32,629 nucleotides of DNA from Patescibacteria group bacterium. Lineage in GTDB: Bacteria > Patescibacteriota > Patescibacteriia > JAACEG01. The number at the start of each line of letters is the position of its first letter. Positions within the stretch are counted from its first letter, which is position 1. The position numbers and the translations under genes are program-made. The notes under the pieces are model-generated. The model had not been told where the DNA came from. It saw only the letters and a program-made list of their open reading frames with translations, and did no database searches. Shown in pieces: positions 7,779 to 17,651 of this stretch. Location: contig JAYEJQ010000071.1 in assembly GCA_034660735.1 (NCBI GenBank), forward strand, positions 1 through 32,629. Reading direction: 5' to 3'.

Positions 7779-10700
7779 ATGAAACAACAATCTCAAAAAA
7801 GAATCTTTTTTTCTTATGATAATGAAAACGAATCATCAACTGCAAAAAATAGGCTAAAATACTCAATCTCTTTTAAAGACAAAAAAGAGATAATCCCGTT
7901 GCCTGATTTAGTAGAAATTCAAAAAAAATCGTATGACCATTTTTTGCGAGAAGGAATTAATGAAATATTCGATGAAATTTCTCCAATTGTTGATTTTGCC
8001 GGAAAAGGATTAAGCCTTTCCTTTTCAAATTATTATTTTGACGAACCAAAATTCGACGAAGAAGAAAGCAAAAGAAAAAATGTAACTTATGAGGTGTCAA
8101 TTCGTGTTGTGAGTGAATTAAGAAAAGATAAAAAAATAATAAATAAGCAGGAAATTTATTTAGGAGATATTCCTCTTATGACAAAAAACGGAACTTTTAT
8201 AATAAACGGAATTGAACGATGTATTGTGTCTCAACTTATTAGGAGTTCTGGAGTATTTTTCTTTTCTGAAAATGTCAAAGGTCAAAATTATTATGGAGCA
8301 AAAGTTATTCCAAATAGAGGCGTATGGCTTGAGATAGAGACTGACGCAAATAATGTTATTTGGGTTAAAATTGACCGCAAAAGAAAAATTGCTGTCACTT
8401 CTTTATTGCGCGCCATCGGATACAGTTCTGATGACGAAATTACAAATTTATTCAAAGATGATAAAAAAAATACTAATATTAGTTATATTGACGAAACTCT
8501 TAAAAAAGACATTACTAAAAATAAAGATGAGGGCTTAATGGAGATTTACAAAAGATTAAGACCTGGAGATTTGGCTGGAATTGATAATGTAAGAAATTTA
8601 ATCAACGCAATGTTTTTTAATTTTGGCAGGTATGATTTCGGCAAAGTTGGAAGATATAAAATAAACCGTCGCTTCAATGAAAATATTCCTGATAATAAAG
8701 AAAATAGAATTTTTAGAAGGGAAGATTTAGTAAATATTATTAAAGAAATTATCAAACTTAATATTTCCCAAGCAGATGCCGACGATATTGATCATTTAGC
8801 TAATCGTCGCGTAAAAACAGTAGGAGAACTTGTGCAGAATAGATTTAGGATCGGGATGGTAAGAATGGAAAGAATTGTTAAAGACAAAATGAGCACGCTT
8901 GACGAAACAAGTATGTCTCCTGCTCGCTTAATAAATTCCCGTCCTTTAATAGCGGTGATAAGAGAATTTTTTATGTCGTCTCAACTCTGCCAATTTATGG
9001 ATCAGAATAATCCTTTAGCAGAATTAGAGCACAAAAGAAGGCTGTCAGCTATGGGACCTGGCGGACTAACTCGCGAAAGAGCTGGATTTGAAGTCCGCGA
9101 TGTCCATAGAACTCATTATGGCAAAATATGCCCTATTCAAACGCCAGAAGGACCGAATATTGGATTAGTAGGACAATTAGCTACTTATGCAAGGATTAAC
9201 GAATGCGGTTTTATGGAGACTCCTTACAGGAAAATTTTGCATAATGTTAAAAATAATGGAAAAGCTGCTATTGAAAAAATCGCTCGCGAAGATATTAAAA
9301 TTAAATCAAAAATTTTAATAAAAAAAGGAGAAGTTATAAGCAAATCTAAAGCTGAACAATTATCCAAAATTAAAGATATAAAAACAATCGCCATCAAACC
9401 GATGGTAAGCGATGAAATAATTTATTTAGACGCTTTTCACGAAGATAACACCGTTATAACTACGGCTAACGCAAAACTTGACAAAAAAGGATATTTTATT
9501 GATGAAAAAATAAATGTGAGGAAATGCGGAATTCCAGATATTGAATATGCTGAAAAAATTGATTATATGGATGTGTCTCCAAAGCAAATTATTTCTATCG
9601 CCACTTCTTTAATTCCATTTTTAGAACATGACGACGCAGTCCGTGCTTTAATGGGTAGTAATATGCAAAGGCAGGCCGTCCCTTTAGTAAAACCTGAAGC
9701 GCCTTTAATTGGAACTGGAATTGAAGAAGAAGCCGCAAGATGGTCAGGGCATATTGCAAAAGCTGACGCTGACGGCGAAGTTTTGAGTATATCGGCTGAT
9801 AATATTGAAATTTTAGAAAAAAATAAAAAAATAAAAATTTATAAATTATTAAAATTTACAAGATCAAACCAGTCAACTTCAATCAACCAGCATCCAATTG
9901 TAAACGTCGGAGAAAAGATTAAAGCAGGACAGGCTATAAGCGATGGACAGGCGATTGATAAAAAAGAATTAGCTTTAGGAAGAAATGTTTTAGTAGCTTT
10001 TATGTCTTGGGAAGGACTCAATTACGAGGACGCAATTATTATTTCAGAAAGAGTTGCAAGAGAGGATATGTTCAGTTCTGTACATATAAATAATTATACT
10101 ATTGATATTCGCGATACTAAGCTCGGCTCAGAAGAAGTTACGCGCGATATTCCTAACGTCGGAGAAGAAAAAATTAAAGATTTAGATGAAACTGGAATAG
10201 TGAGAATAGGCGCCGAGGTTAAATCAGGAGATATTTTAGTCGGCAAAATCACTCCAAAAGGCGAAACTGAATTATCAAGCGAAGAAAAGTTGTTAAGAGC
10301 TATTTTTGGAGAAAAAGCTAAAGATGTGAGAGATAGTTCGTTGGTTCTTGAACATGGAGAGCACGGAAAAGTTGTTGGGGTTGAAATTTTTTCGCGAGGG
10401 CATGGAGATAAAATGCAACCTGGGGTAATAAAAACTATTCAAATTTCAATTGCTAATTTAAGGAAAATTCAGGTCGGTGATAAGATGGCAGGACGGCACG
10501 GAAATAAAGGTGTAGTATCTAAAATTGTGCCTGTGGAAGATATGCCATATCTTGAGGACGGCACTCCGATTGATATCATTCTTTCTCCGTTAGGAGTAAT
10601 ATCCCGTATGAACTTGGGACAGATTTTAGAAACTCATCTTGGCTTGGCGGCGAAAGCTGGCGGATATAAAGCCGCAACTCCTGTATTGGATGGAATTCCA

Positions 10701-11192
10701 GAGGATATTATCCGAAACGAACTTAAAAAATACGGGTATCCAGAAGACGGAAAAATGACTCTTTACGACGGACGTACAAGCGAGCCGTTTAATGAAAAAA
10801 CCGTGATCGGATATATATATGTTCTTAAACTCAACCATATGGTTGAGGATAAAATTCACCAGCGGTCAATAGGTCCTTATTCTTTAATTACACAGCAGCC
10901 ACTTGGCGGGAAAGCTCAATTCGGCGGACAGAGATTTGGGGAAATGGAAGTCTGGGCATTAGAAGGATACGGGGCTTCGCATATTCTACAAGAGATGCTC
11001 ACGATTAAATCAGACGATGTCCCCGGCAGATCTAAAGCTTATGAATCCATTATTAAAGGAGAAGAGATTAGCAAGTTAAATACCCCTGAATCTTTCAATG
11101 TTTTAGTCCGCGAATTCAAAGGGCTTGGAATAGATGTTGAACTATTAAAAAAAGACGACAAAGGATATAAAGTAGTTAAAGAGGAAAAGTAG
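7779..11192 (+). CDS. rpoB: DNA-directed RNA polymerase subunit beta
   Basis: A 1137-aa protein with conserved blocks such as NPLAELEHKRRLSAMGPGGL, GRHGNKGVVSKI and KIHQRSIGPYSLITQQPLGGKAQFGGQRFGEMEVWALE. Confidence 0.97.
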   Translation: MKQQSQKRIFFSYDNENESSTAKNRLKYSISFKDKKEIIPLPDLVEIQKKSYDHFLREGINEIFDEISPIVDFAGKGLSLSFSNYYFDEPKFDEEESKRKNVTYEVSIRVVSELRKDKKIINKQEIYLGDIPLMTKNGTFIINGIERCIVSQLIRSSGVFFFSENVKGQNYYGAKVIPNRGVWLEIETDANNVIWVKIDRKRKIAVTSLLRAIGYSSDDEITNLFKDDKKNTNISYIDETLKKDITKNKDEGLMEIYKRLRPGDLAGIDNVRNLINAMFFNFGRYDFGKVGRYKINRRFNENIPDNKENRIFRREDLVNIIKEIIKLNISQADADDIDHLANRRVKTVGELVQNRFRIGMVRMERIVKDKMSTLDETSMSPARLINSRPLIAVIREFFMSSQLCQFMDQNNPLAELEHKRRLSAMGPGGLTRERAGFEVRDVHRTHYGKICPIQTPEGPNIGLVGQLATYARINECGFMETPYRKILHNVKNNGKAAIEKIAREDIKIKSKILIKKGEVISKSKAEQLSKIKDIKTIAIKPMVSDEIIYLDAFHEDNTVITTANAKLDKKGYFIDEKINVRKCGIPDIEYAEKIDYMDVSPKQIISIATSLIPFLEHDDAVRALMGSNMQRQAVPLVKPEAPLIGTGIEEEAARWSGHIAKADADGEVLSISADNIEILEKNKKIKIYKLLKFTRSNQSTSINQHPIVNVGEKIKAGQAISDGQAIDKKELALGRNVLVAFMSWEGLNYEDAIIISERVAREDMFSSVHINNYTIDIRDTKLGSEEVTRDIPNVGEEKIKDLDETGIVRIGAEVKSGDILVGKITPKGETELSSEEKLLRAIFGEKAKDVRDSSLVLEHGEHGKVVGVEIFSRGHGDKMQPGVIKTIQISIANLRKIQVGDKMAGRHGNKGVVSKIVPVEDMPYLEDGTPIDIILSPLGVISRMNLGQILETHLGLAAKAGGYKAATPVLDGIPEDIIRNELKKYGYPEDGKMTLYDGRTSEPFNEKTVIGYIYVLKLNHMVEDKIHQRSIGPYSLITQQPLGGKAQFGGQRFGEMEVWALEGYGASHILQEMLTIKSDDVPGRSKAYESIIKGEEISKLNTPESFNVLVREFKGLGIDVELLKKDDKGYKVVKEEK

Positions 11193-11214
11193 AAAAATTT
11201 ATACTTAAATTTAA

Positions 11215-11682
11215 AAAAATTATGTTGAATATTTAGAAAATAACTTTTTATTTTTTACCATAAATATTTTTTCGCATTCATTAAAAAAACAAATTATTAA
11301 TCCTAAAAAAAATTATATTATAGACAATGGAATAGCTAATCAAGTCGCTTATAGATTCTCTAAAGATAAAGGAAAATTCTTGGAAAATTTGGTTTTTTTT
11401 AAATTAAAACGAGAAGATAGAGATGTATATTATTATAAGACAAAAAGCAATAAAGAAGTTGATTTTTTAACAATTAAATCAGGGGGAAAAGAACTAACGC
11501 AAGTGTCGCAAAGCATTAAAAATAAAATAACAAAAGATAGAGAAGTCGGCGGATTAATAGAAGCGCTGCAAGAAACAGGTTTAAAAAAGGGCGTTATTTT
11601 AACCGAAGACGAAGAAGATTTATTAAATATTGAAAAAAAACAAATAATAGTTAAACCTATATATAAATGGTTGCTTCAATAG
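11215..11682 (+). pseudogene. 5'-truncated remnant of an AAA ATPase with a DUF4143 domain; only the C-terminal part survives
   Basis: The frame is open from 11215 and has no plausible start codon. It reads YVEYLENNFLFFTINIFSHSLKKQIINPKKNYIIDNGIANQ...GKFLENLVFFKLKR...EVDFL...TKDREVGGLIEA. This resembles the C-terminal half of DUF4143 ATPases. No P-loop domain lies upstream, and stop codons occur at 11173, 11206 and 11212. Confidence 0.55.
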
Positions 11683-11742
11683 ATTTGAGCGCGCAAGTCT
11701 AATGTTAAAATTTTTTTAAAAATTAATAATTAAAATATTTCT

Positions 11743-14700
11743 ATGTCAGATTATGTAAAAAATATGGATTTTGACGCAATTAGGCTGAAATTAGCCTCGC
11801 CTGATGTTATTCATGGTTGGTCGCACGGCGAAGTATTAAGACCTGAAACCATTAATTATCGCACCCAAAAGCCTGAGAAAAACGGTCTTTTCTGCGAGAA
11901 AATTTTCGGTCCTTCAAAAGATTGGGAATGCTATTGTGGAAAATATAAAAAAATCCGCTATAAAGGGATAATTTGTGATAAGTGCGGAGTTGAAGTAACA
12001 AGATCAATAGTCCGCCGCGAACGGATGGGGCATATTGAGTTGTCGTCACCCGTGAGCCATATCTGGTTTTTAAGAAACGTGCCTTCAAAAATCGGAAATA
12101 TTTTAGGACTATCACCAATGGCTCTTGAAAAGGTTATATATTTTGCTAATTTTATCATAACTAAAGTTGATGAAGAATTAAAATTAGAAACGTTAGAAGA
12201 GATAAAAAATGAATTCAGCAATAAAAAGAAAAAAATAAAAAAAGAGTATAAAGAAAATATCGCGCAAGCTGAAAAAGATTATAAAAATGATTTAGATAAA
12301 AAAAATGATCGAATTGCTGAACTTGCCAAAATCAGAGAGGAAAATATCAGCGAACTTGAAAATGTTTTGGCTTCAGCTGAAAAAGAATTAAAGGATTTAA
12401 AAAAATTAAATATTATAACTGAAATAGAATATCAAGATCTGTCAATGAGATTCGGACATATTTTTGAAGCGTTAATCGGAGCAGAAGCAGTAGATGAGCT
12501 GTTAAAAAAGATTGATTTAGACAAAGAAATACAAGACGCGCAAGCAAAAATAAAATCGTTAAAGGGGATAAAATTTGAAAAAACTTCTAAAAGATTAAAA
12601 CTTCTTAAGAGTTTAAAGTTGAACGATATCAGACCTGAATGGATGATTTTAAAAACGATTCCCGTGATTCCACCTGATTTGCGTCCAATGGTTGCTCTTG
12701 ACGGCGGACGTTTTGCTACGTCTGATTTAAATGATTTATATCGCAGGGTCATTAATAGAAACAATCGTTTAAAGCAGTTAAACGCGCTAAATGCGCCAGA
12801 AGTAATTTGCAGAAATGAAAAAAGAATATTGCAAGAGGCTGTTGACGCTTTAATAGATAATAGCGCGCGACATTCAAAAACAACCACGGCGTCAACTGGA
12901 CAAAAAAGACAATTAAAATCAATAGCTGATGTTTTAAAAGGAAAACAAGGCAGATTTAGGCAAAATTTATTAGGAAAACGAGTTGACTATTCAGGGCGAA
13001 GCGTAATCGTCGTTGGACCTTCATTGAAACTTAATCAATGCGGATTGCCTAAAAAAATGGCCTTGGAGTTATTTAAACCTTTCATTATCAGTCGCTTAAT
13101 AAAACAAGAGGTGGTTCATAATGTCAGAAGCGCTATACGTTTTATAAATGAAGAAAGAGTAGAAGTGTGGGATATTTTAGAAGATATAATTTCCAAAGCT
13201 TATGTTTTATTAAACCGTGCTCCTACTTTGCATCGTTTAGGAATTCAAGCGTTTAAGCCGATTTTAATAGAAGGAAAATCCATACAGTTGCATCCGATGG
13301 TCTGTTCGGCTTTTAACGCTGATTTTGACGGCGATCAGATGGCAGTTCATATTCCTTTAACAAAAGAGGCGAAGAAAGAGGCGAAAGAGATTATGCAGTC
13401 AAGCAAGAATTTATTAAAACCAGCAACAGGAGATCCTGTTGTGAGTCCTAATCAGGATATTGTTTGGGGATCTTATTATATGACTTCTATTGACACAACG
13501 AAAGAACGAAACGAAAAAAATATAAAGTCATTCGGTTCTGTTGATCAAGCAATTTTGGTTTATAATCTGAATAAAATAGAGTTAAAAGAGCCGATTAATG
13601 TAAAAATTTTTAAATCTTCAAATGACAAAAGAAAATCTATTATAAAAACAACCGTCGGAAGAATTTTATTTAATCAAATTTTTCCGCAAGATATGGAATA
13701 TGTCAATGAAGTATTGGATGCAGGGTCGCTAAAAAAGTTAGTAAAAATGCTTATTAGTAAATACGGCATGGAGAGGTCTGTTAAATTTATTGACGATTTA
13801 AAAGAGATAGGGTTTAAATATCTTACTAAATCAGGACTTTCTTGGGGAATAGCTGACTTGCCTTGTATAGAAAAAAAAGCGGAGATCCTGGAAGACGCGG
13901 AAAAATTATCAGCGGAGATCCAAGAACAATATAATTCAGGGCTTCTCACTGACGCGGAACGGCATAGTAAAATAATTGAAATTTGGACTATAGCAAAAGA
14001 TAATGTTGTAACTTTGGCTAAAAATTCGTTAGACAAGCAAGGTTCAATTAGTTCAATTATTAATTCAAAAGCGAGAGGAAGTTGGGGACAGCTAACGCAG
14101 ATGATTGGTATGAAAGGATTGGTTAGTAATCCAGTTGGAGATATTATAGAATTGCCAGTAAAGAGTAACTTTAAAGAAGGATTTGGCGTATTAGAGTTTT
14201 TTATTTCTACGCACGGATCAAGAAAAGGGTTGTCTGACACGGCATTAAGAACAGCTAATGCTGGTTATTTAACGCGCCGATTAGTTGATGTCGCGCAAGA
14301 TGTTTTTATAACTGAAAAAGATTGCAAGGATTCGCGCGGCTTTGAAATTACCAAAGAAGGCAGCGAAAAATTAGGGAGCAATTTAGCGGATAAAGCGCTT
14401 GGGAGATTTTCTATGCAAGATATTATTGATCCAAAAACAAAAGAAAAAGTTGTTAAAAAAGACCAAATAATAAAAGAAGAAGAGAGCGAAGAACTCAGAC
14501 GTTTAGATATAGATAAAATTAAAGTTCGCTCAATTCTGAATTGTAAATCAATAAAAGGTGTCTGCCAAAAGTGTTATGGCTGGGATTTGGGGCATAATAG
14601 TTTAGTAAAAATAGGAACTACTGTCGGAGTTGTCGCGGCTCAATCAATCGGAGAACCTGGAACACAACTCACAATGAGAACCTTCCATACTGGAGGAGTT

Positions 14701-15651
14701 GCAGGGGCTGATATTACGCAAGGACTGCCAAGGGTTGTTGAACTTTTTGAAGCAAGGACTCCGAAAAATAAAGCTTATTTAGCTGAAGAAAACGGAATTA
14801 TAAAGATTGAGCAGCAAGAAAGAGTTATTAAAGACGCCAAAGAAAATATTGTTTTGGAAAATATTCCTGGGCAAAAAATTATTAAATTAAAATACAGAGG
14901 AGACAATGAGTATGTTTATGATTTTCATAAAAATTCCAAGGACGAAAATGAAAAGATTGACATTAAAGTTAAAGACAAACAAGAAGTTGAAAAAAATGAT
15001 ATCCTGTTTATTCGTGGCAAAGGACGCAAGGTTAAATGCAAAGAAAAAGGCAAGATTAAAATTCTATCAGAAAAAATTATTGTATCAGCGGAAGTGGATA
15101 AAATTAAAGAGTTGATTGTTTCCAAGGGTGTTGATATTTGGGTAAAAGACGGAGAGAAAGTTAAAAAAGGGCAGCAACTCACTGAAGGAAGTTTAGATCC
15201 GAAACAACTTTATAGCCTATTAGGGAAGGAAGCCGTGCAAAAATATATTATCAGTGAAATTCAATATCTATATTCTTCACAAGGGCAGCCATTAAACGAT
15301 AAGCATATAGAAATTATCGCGAAGCAGATGTTCTCTAAGGTTAATATTACTTTTGACGGCGATTCACATTTTTTCTCGGGCAATATTATTGACAGGGCAG
15401 AATTTTACGAAGTCAATAATAAAATAGAAAAAAATAAAGGCGAAAAAGCAAAGGCGAAAGAAATATTGCTTGGAATTACGAAAGTTTCACTAAATACGAC
15501 AAGTTTTTTATCAGCCGCGTCATTCCAAGAAACATCAAAAATTTTAATCGAATCGTCTATAACTGGGAAAATTGATAAGTTAGAAGGATTAAAAGAGAAT
15601 GTAATTATAGGACGGCTTATTCCAGCAGGAACAGGATACAAGAAAAATTGA
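11743..15651 (+). CDS. rpoC: DNA-directed RNA polymerase subunit beta'
   Basis: A 1302-aa protein with the zinc motif CYCGKYKKIRYKGIICDKCGVEV, the catalytic NADFDGDQM and a lineage-typical coiled-coil insert. Confidence 0.97.
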   Translation: MSDYVKNMDFDAIRLKLASPDVIHGWSHGEVLRPETINYRTQKPEKNGLFCEKIFGPSKDWECYCGKYKKIRYKGIICDKCGVEVTRSIVRRERMGHIELSSPVSHIWFLRNVPSKIGNILGLSPMALEKVIYFANFIITKVDEELKLETLEEIKNEFSNKKKKIKKEYKENIAQAEKDYKNDLDKKNDRIAELAKIREENISELENVLASAEKELKDLKKLNIITEIEYQDLSMRFGHIFEALIGAEAVDELLKKIDLDKEIQDAQAKIKSLKGIKFEKTSKRLKLLKSLKLNDIRPEWMILKTIPVIPPDLRPMVALDGGRFATSDLNDLYRRVINRNNRLKQLNALNAPEVICRNEKRILQEAVDALIDNSARHSKTTTASTGQKRQLKSIADVLKGKQGRFRQNLLGKRVDYSGRSVIVVGPSLKLNQCGLPKKMALELFKPFIISRLIKQEVVHNVRSAIRFINEERVEVWDILEDIISKAYVLLNRAPTLHRLGIQAFKPILIEGKSIQLHPMVCSAFNADFDGDQMAVHIPLTKEAKKEAKEIMQSSKNLLKPATGDPVVSPNQDIVWGSYYMTSIDTTKERNEKNIKSFGSVDQAILVYNLNKIELKEPINVKIFKSSNDKRKSIIKTTVGRILFNQIFPQDMEYVNEVLDAGSLKKLVKMLISKYGMERSVKFIDDLKEIGFKYLTKSGLSWGIADLPCIEKKAEILEDAEKLSAEIQEQYNSGLLTDAERHSKIIEIWTIAKDNVVTLAKNSLDKQGSISSIINSKARGSWGQLTQMIGMKGLVSNPVGDIIELPVKSNFKEGFGVLEFFISTHGSRKGLSDTALRTANAGYLTRRLVDVAQDVFITEKDCKDSRGFEITKEGSEKLGSNLADKALGRFSMQDIIDPKTKEKVVKKDQIIKEEESEELRRLDIDKIKVRSILNCKSIKGVCQKCYGWDLGHNSLVKIGTTVGVVAAQSIGEPGTQLTMRTFHTGGVAGADITQGLPRVVELFEARTPKNKAYLAEENGIIKIEQQERVIKDAKENIVLENIPGQKIIKLKYRGDNEYVYDFHKNSKDENEKIDIKVKDKQEVEKNDILFIRGKGRKVKCKEKGKIKILSEKIIVSAEVDKIKELIVSKGVDIWVKDGEKVKKGQQLTEGSLDPKQLYSLLGKEAVQKYIISEIQYLYSSQGQPLNDKHIEIIAKQMFSKVNITFDGDSHFFSGNIIDRAEFYEVNNKIEKNKGEKAKAKEILLGITKVSLNTTSFLSAASFQETSKILIESSITGKIDKLEGLKENVIIGRLIPAGTGYKKN

Positions 15652-15741
15652 TTATGAAAACAGATAATTATAAAATTTATGTTTAAAAAAATCGTTAAAA
15701 TTTAACAAAATTACGACATCATAAAAAAAATCGCCTTATTT

Positions 15742-15785
15742 AAAAATACTTATTTAAATACCTATTTAAATAAGTATTTTTTGTT
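15742..15785 (+). terminator. AT-rich hairpin terminator after rpoC
   Basis: A perfect 19-bp stem pairs AAAAATACTTATTTAAATA (15742-15760) with TATTTAAATAAGTATTTTT (15763-15781). The loop is CC and a T run follows. Confidence 0.6.
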
Positions 15786-15862
15786 AGAAGCGGATAAAAA
15801 ATACAATAAAAAAAATAGACGCGGGATTGAAAAATTTAAAATAATATATTATAATTTAATAG

Positions 15863-16004
15863 TAGACTTGTCGCATAATAACTTTTTACTGCGATTTACA
15901 TATTTTGGTCAAATTTTCCATCCCCCTTCTCGCGAGAGGTGGGATGAAATATTTGCCTCAAAATCTGAAAATCTCGCTACAAAATTTATTATGCGACAAG
16001 TCTA
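15863..16004. repeat. 142-bp nested palindromic element (MITE-like)
   Basis: The perfect 19-bp terminal inverted repeat is TAGACTTGTCGCATAATAA (15863-15881) / TTATTATGCGACAAGTCTA (15986-16004). The central GC-rich hairpin is CATCCC-CCTTCTCGCGAGAGG-TGGGATG (15919-15946). Confidence 0.8.
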
Positions 16005-16062
16005 GTCTTTATAAATTATAATTTTTGCGAAAAATGAATTTTTTTTAACCCTGAAAAATATT

Positions 16063-16242
16063 CTAAATTAATGGGACCGTTTATTCCCCCTGATAAGGGG
16101 GTTGGGGGGTTAAATTATTTAAAAAAATTTAAAGTTCCTTTTTTAAAACCCCCTTAGTCCCCCCTTATCAGGGGGAAATCTTTTAAATAGTTAAAAATTA
16201 ATAACGCGCCATACACAATTTAATAAACGGTCCTAAATTAAT
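16063..16242. mobile_element. MITE-like nested palindrome flanked by a 10-bp direct repeat (possible target-site duplication)
   Basis: Terminal inverted repeat GGACCGTTTATT (16074-16085) / AATAAACGGTCC (16222-16233). Inner hairpins CCCCCTGATAAGGGGG (16086-16101) and its reverse complement CCCCCTTATCAGGGGG (16160-16175). Flanking direct repeat CTAAATTAAT at 16063-16072 and 16233-16242. Confidence 0.65.
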
Positions 16243-16277
16243 AGATGAGGCGCTTAGCGCTTTAAAAAATAATAATT

Positions 16278-17651
16278 ATGCCGCCAAAAATAAAATTAAA
16301 CAATAAAAAACCGATATACATTAAATTCGCGCAGAATATTGATTTTTTTGATCTGTTTAAAAAAATAGAAAAAGTTTTTGATAATTGTTATATTTTAGAA
16401 TCTCTCGGGCAAGACGGAAGCAGGTCAAGGTATCATATTATAGGTTTTGATCCAGAAGAAATTATAAGCGCGAAAAAAAATAGATTAAAAATTCAAAACA
16501 AAAATGGAAAATATATTTACGATAAAAATGTTGAAAATCCATATTACGCGTTAAGGGAAATAATGCCGCAGGAAGCGATTACTCGCCAGTACGCAGGCGG
16601 GCTGCTTGGATATTTAGGGTATGACTGCGTGAATTATTTTGAACCGAGCATTAATGTTTTACTGAATAAAAAATTTGATCAGTTTAAATTCGGCGTGTAT
16701 AAAGACGGATTAATTTATGACAAGATTACTGGGGAGATTTATTATTTTTATTTTAACAAAAATAGGTTTGATTTGATAAAAAAAATTAGTAAGGAAAAAT
16801 TTTTGCCTGTTAAAAAATTAAAAATTGATTTTGTTAAAAATACAAAAACTAAAAAAGAGTATGCTGATATTATAAGATCAGTTAAAAACGAAATATTAGC
16901 TGGAAAAATTTTTCAATCAGTTGTTGGATTTAAAACGGAATTTAATATAATGGGGGACGACATTTTAATTTACGAAAAATTAAGACGGATAAATCCGTCT
17001 CCATTTATGTATTATATTAAATTTGGCAACGAAAAAATAATCGGGGCGAGTCCAGAACTTCTTTTTAGGTTGAGGCAGAACGAGATAGAAACATTTCCTC
17101 TGGCGGGAAGCATCAAAAGAGGTAAAACAAAAAATGAGGACAAAGAGTTAGCGCGTCAGTTATTGAACGACCCGAAAGAGCGAGCCGAACATTCTATGCT
17201 TATTGATTTGCACCGCAATGATATTGGCAGGGTTGCTAAATTTGGAACCGTTAGGGTAAAAAATATTATGGATATTAAAAAATTCAGCCATATCCAGCAT
17301 ATTTCTAGTGAAGTTTCTGGGGTTATTAAAAATGGTGAAGATATGTTTTCAGCTTTGGCAAGCAATTTTCCCGCAGGCACTTTAAGCGGAGCGCCAAAAA
17401 TTGAAGCTATGAAAATTATAGATAGGGAAGAGAACGAGCCAAGAGGAGTTTATGGCGGGGCAGTAGGACATTTTGGATTTAATAATGAATGCTCTTTTGC
17501 TATTCCTATTAGATCATTATTTATTTTTGGTGAATACGCTTATACTCAAACTGGCAGCGGTATTGTTTATGATTCAAGTATAAAAAACGAATATCAAGAA
17601 ATAATAAATAAAATGGCTGCAATGCGAAAGACTTTATCTAAATTTGAATAG
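16278..17651 (+). CDS. chorismate-binding enzyme, anthranilate synthase component I / aminodeoxychorismate synthase family
   Basis: Family motifs are present: PLAGSIKRG, AEHSMLIDLHRNDIGRV, GTLSGAPKIEAM and PRGVYGGAVGHF. There is no adjacent glutamine amidotransferase gene. Confidence 0.8.
   Translation: MPPKIKLNNKKPIYIKFAQNIDFFDLFKKIEKVFDNCYILESLGQDGSRSRYHIIGFDPEEIISAKKNRLKIQNKNGKYIYDKNVENPYYALREIMPQEAITRQYAGGLLGYLGYDCVNYFEPSINVLLNKKFDQFKFGVYKDGLIYDKITGEIYYFYFNKNRFDLIKKISKEKFLPVKKLKIDFVKNTKTKKEYADIIRSVKNEILAGKIFQSVVGFKTEFNIMGDDILIYEKLRRINPSPFMYYIKFGNEKIIGASPELLFRLRQNEIETFPLAGSIKRGKTKNEDKELARQLLNDPKERAEHSMLIDLHRNDIGRVAKFGTVRVKNIMDIKKFSHIQHISSEVSGVIKNGEDMFSALASNFPAGTLSGAPKIEAMKIIDREENEPRGVYGGAVGHFGFNNECSFAIPIRSLFIFGEYAYTQTGSGIVYDSSIKNEYQEIINKMAAMRKTLSKFE

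Noticed and set aside
15781-16005. 74-aa ORF between rpoC and the TrpE-like gene.
   Set aside because: It lies almost entirely within the palindromic element at 15863-16004, has no RBS and has repeat-driven composition.
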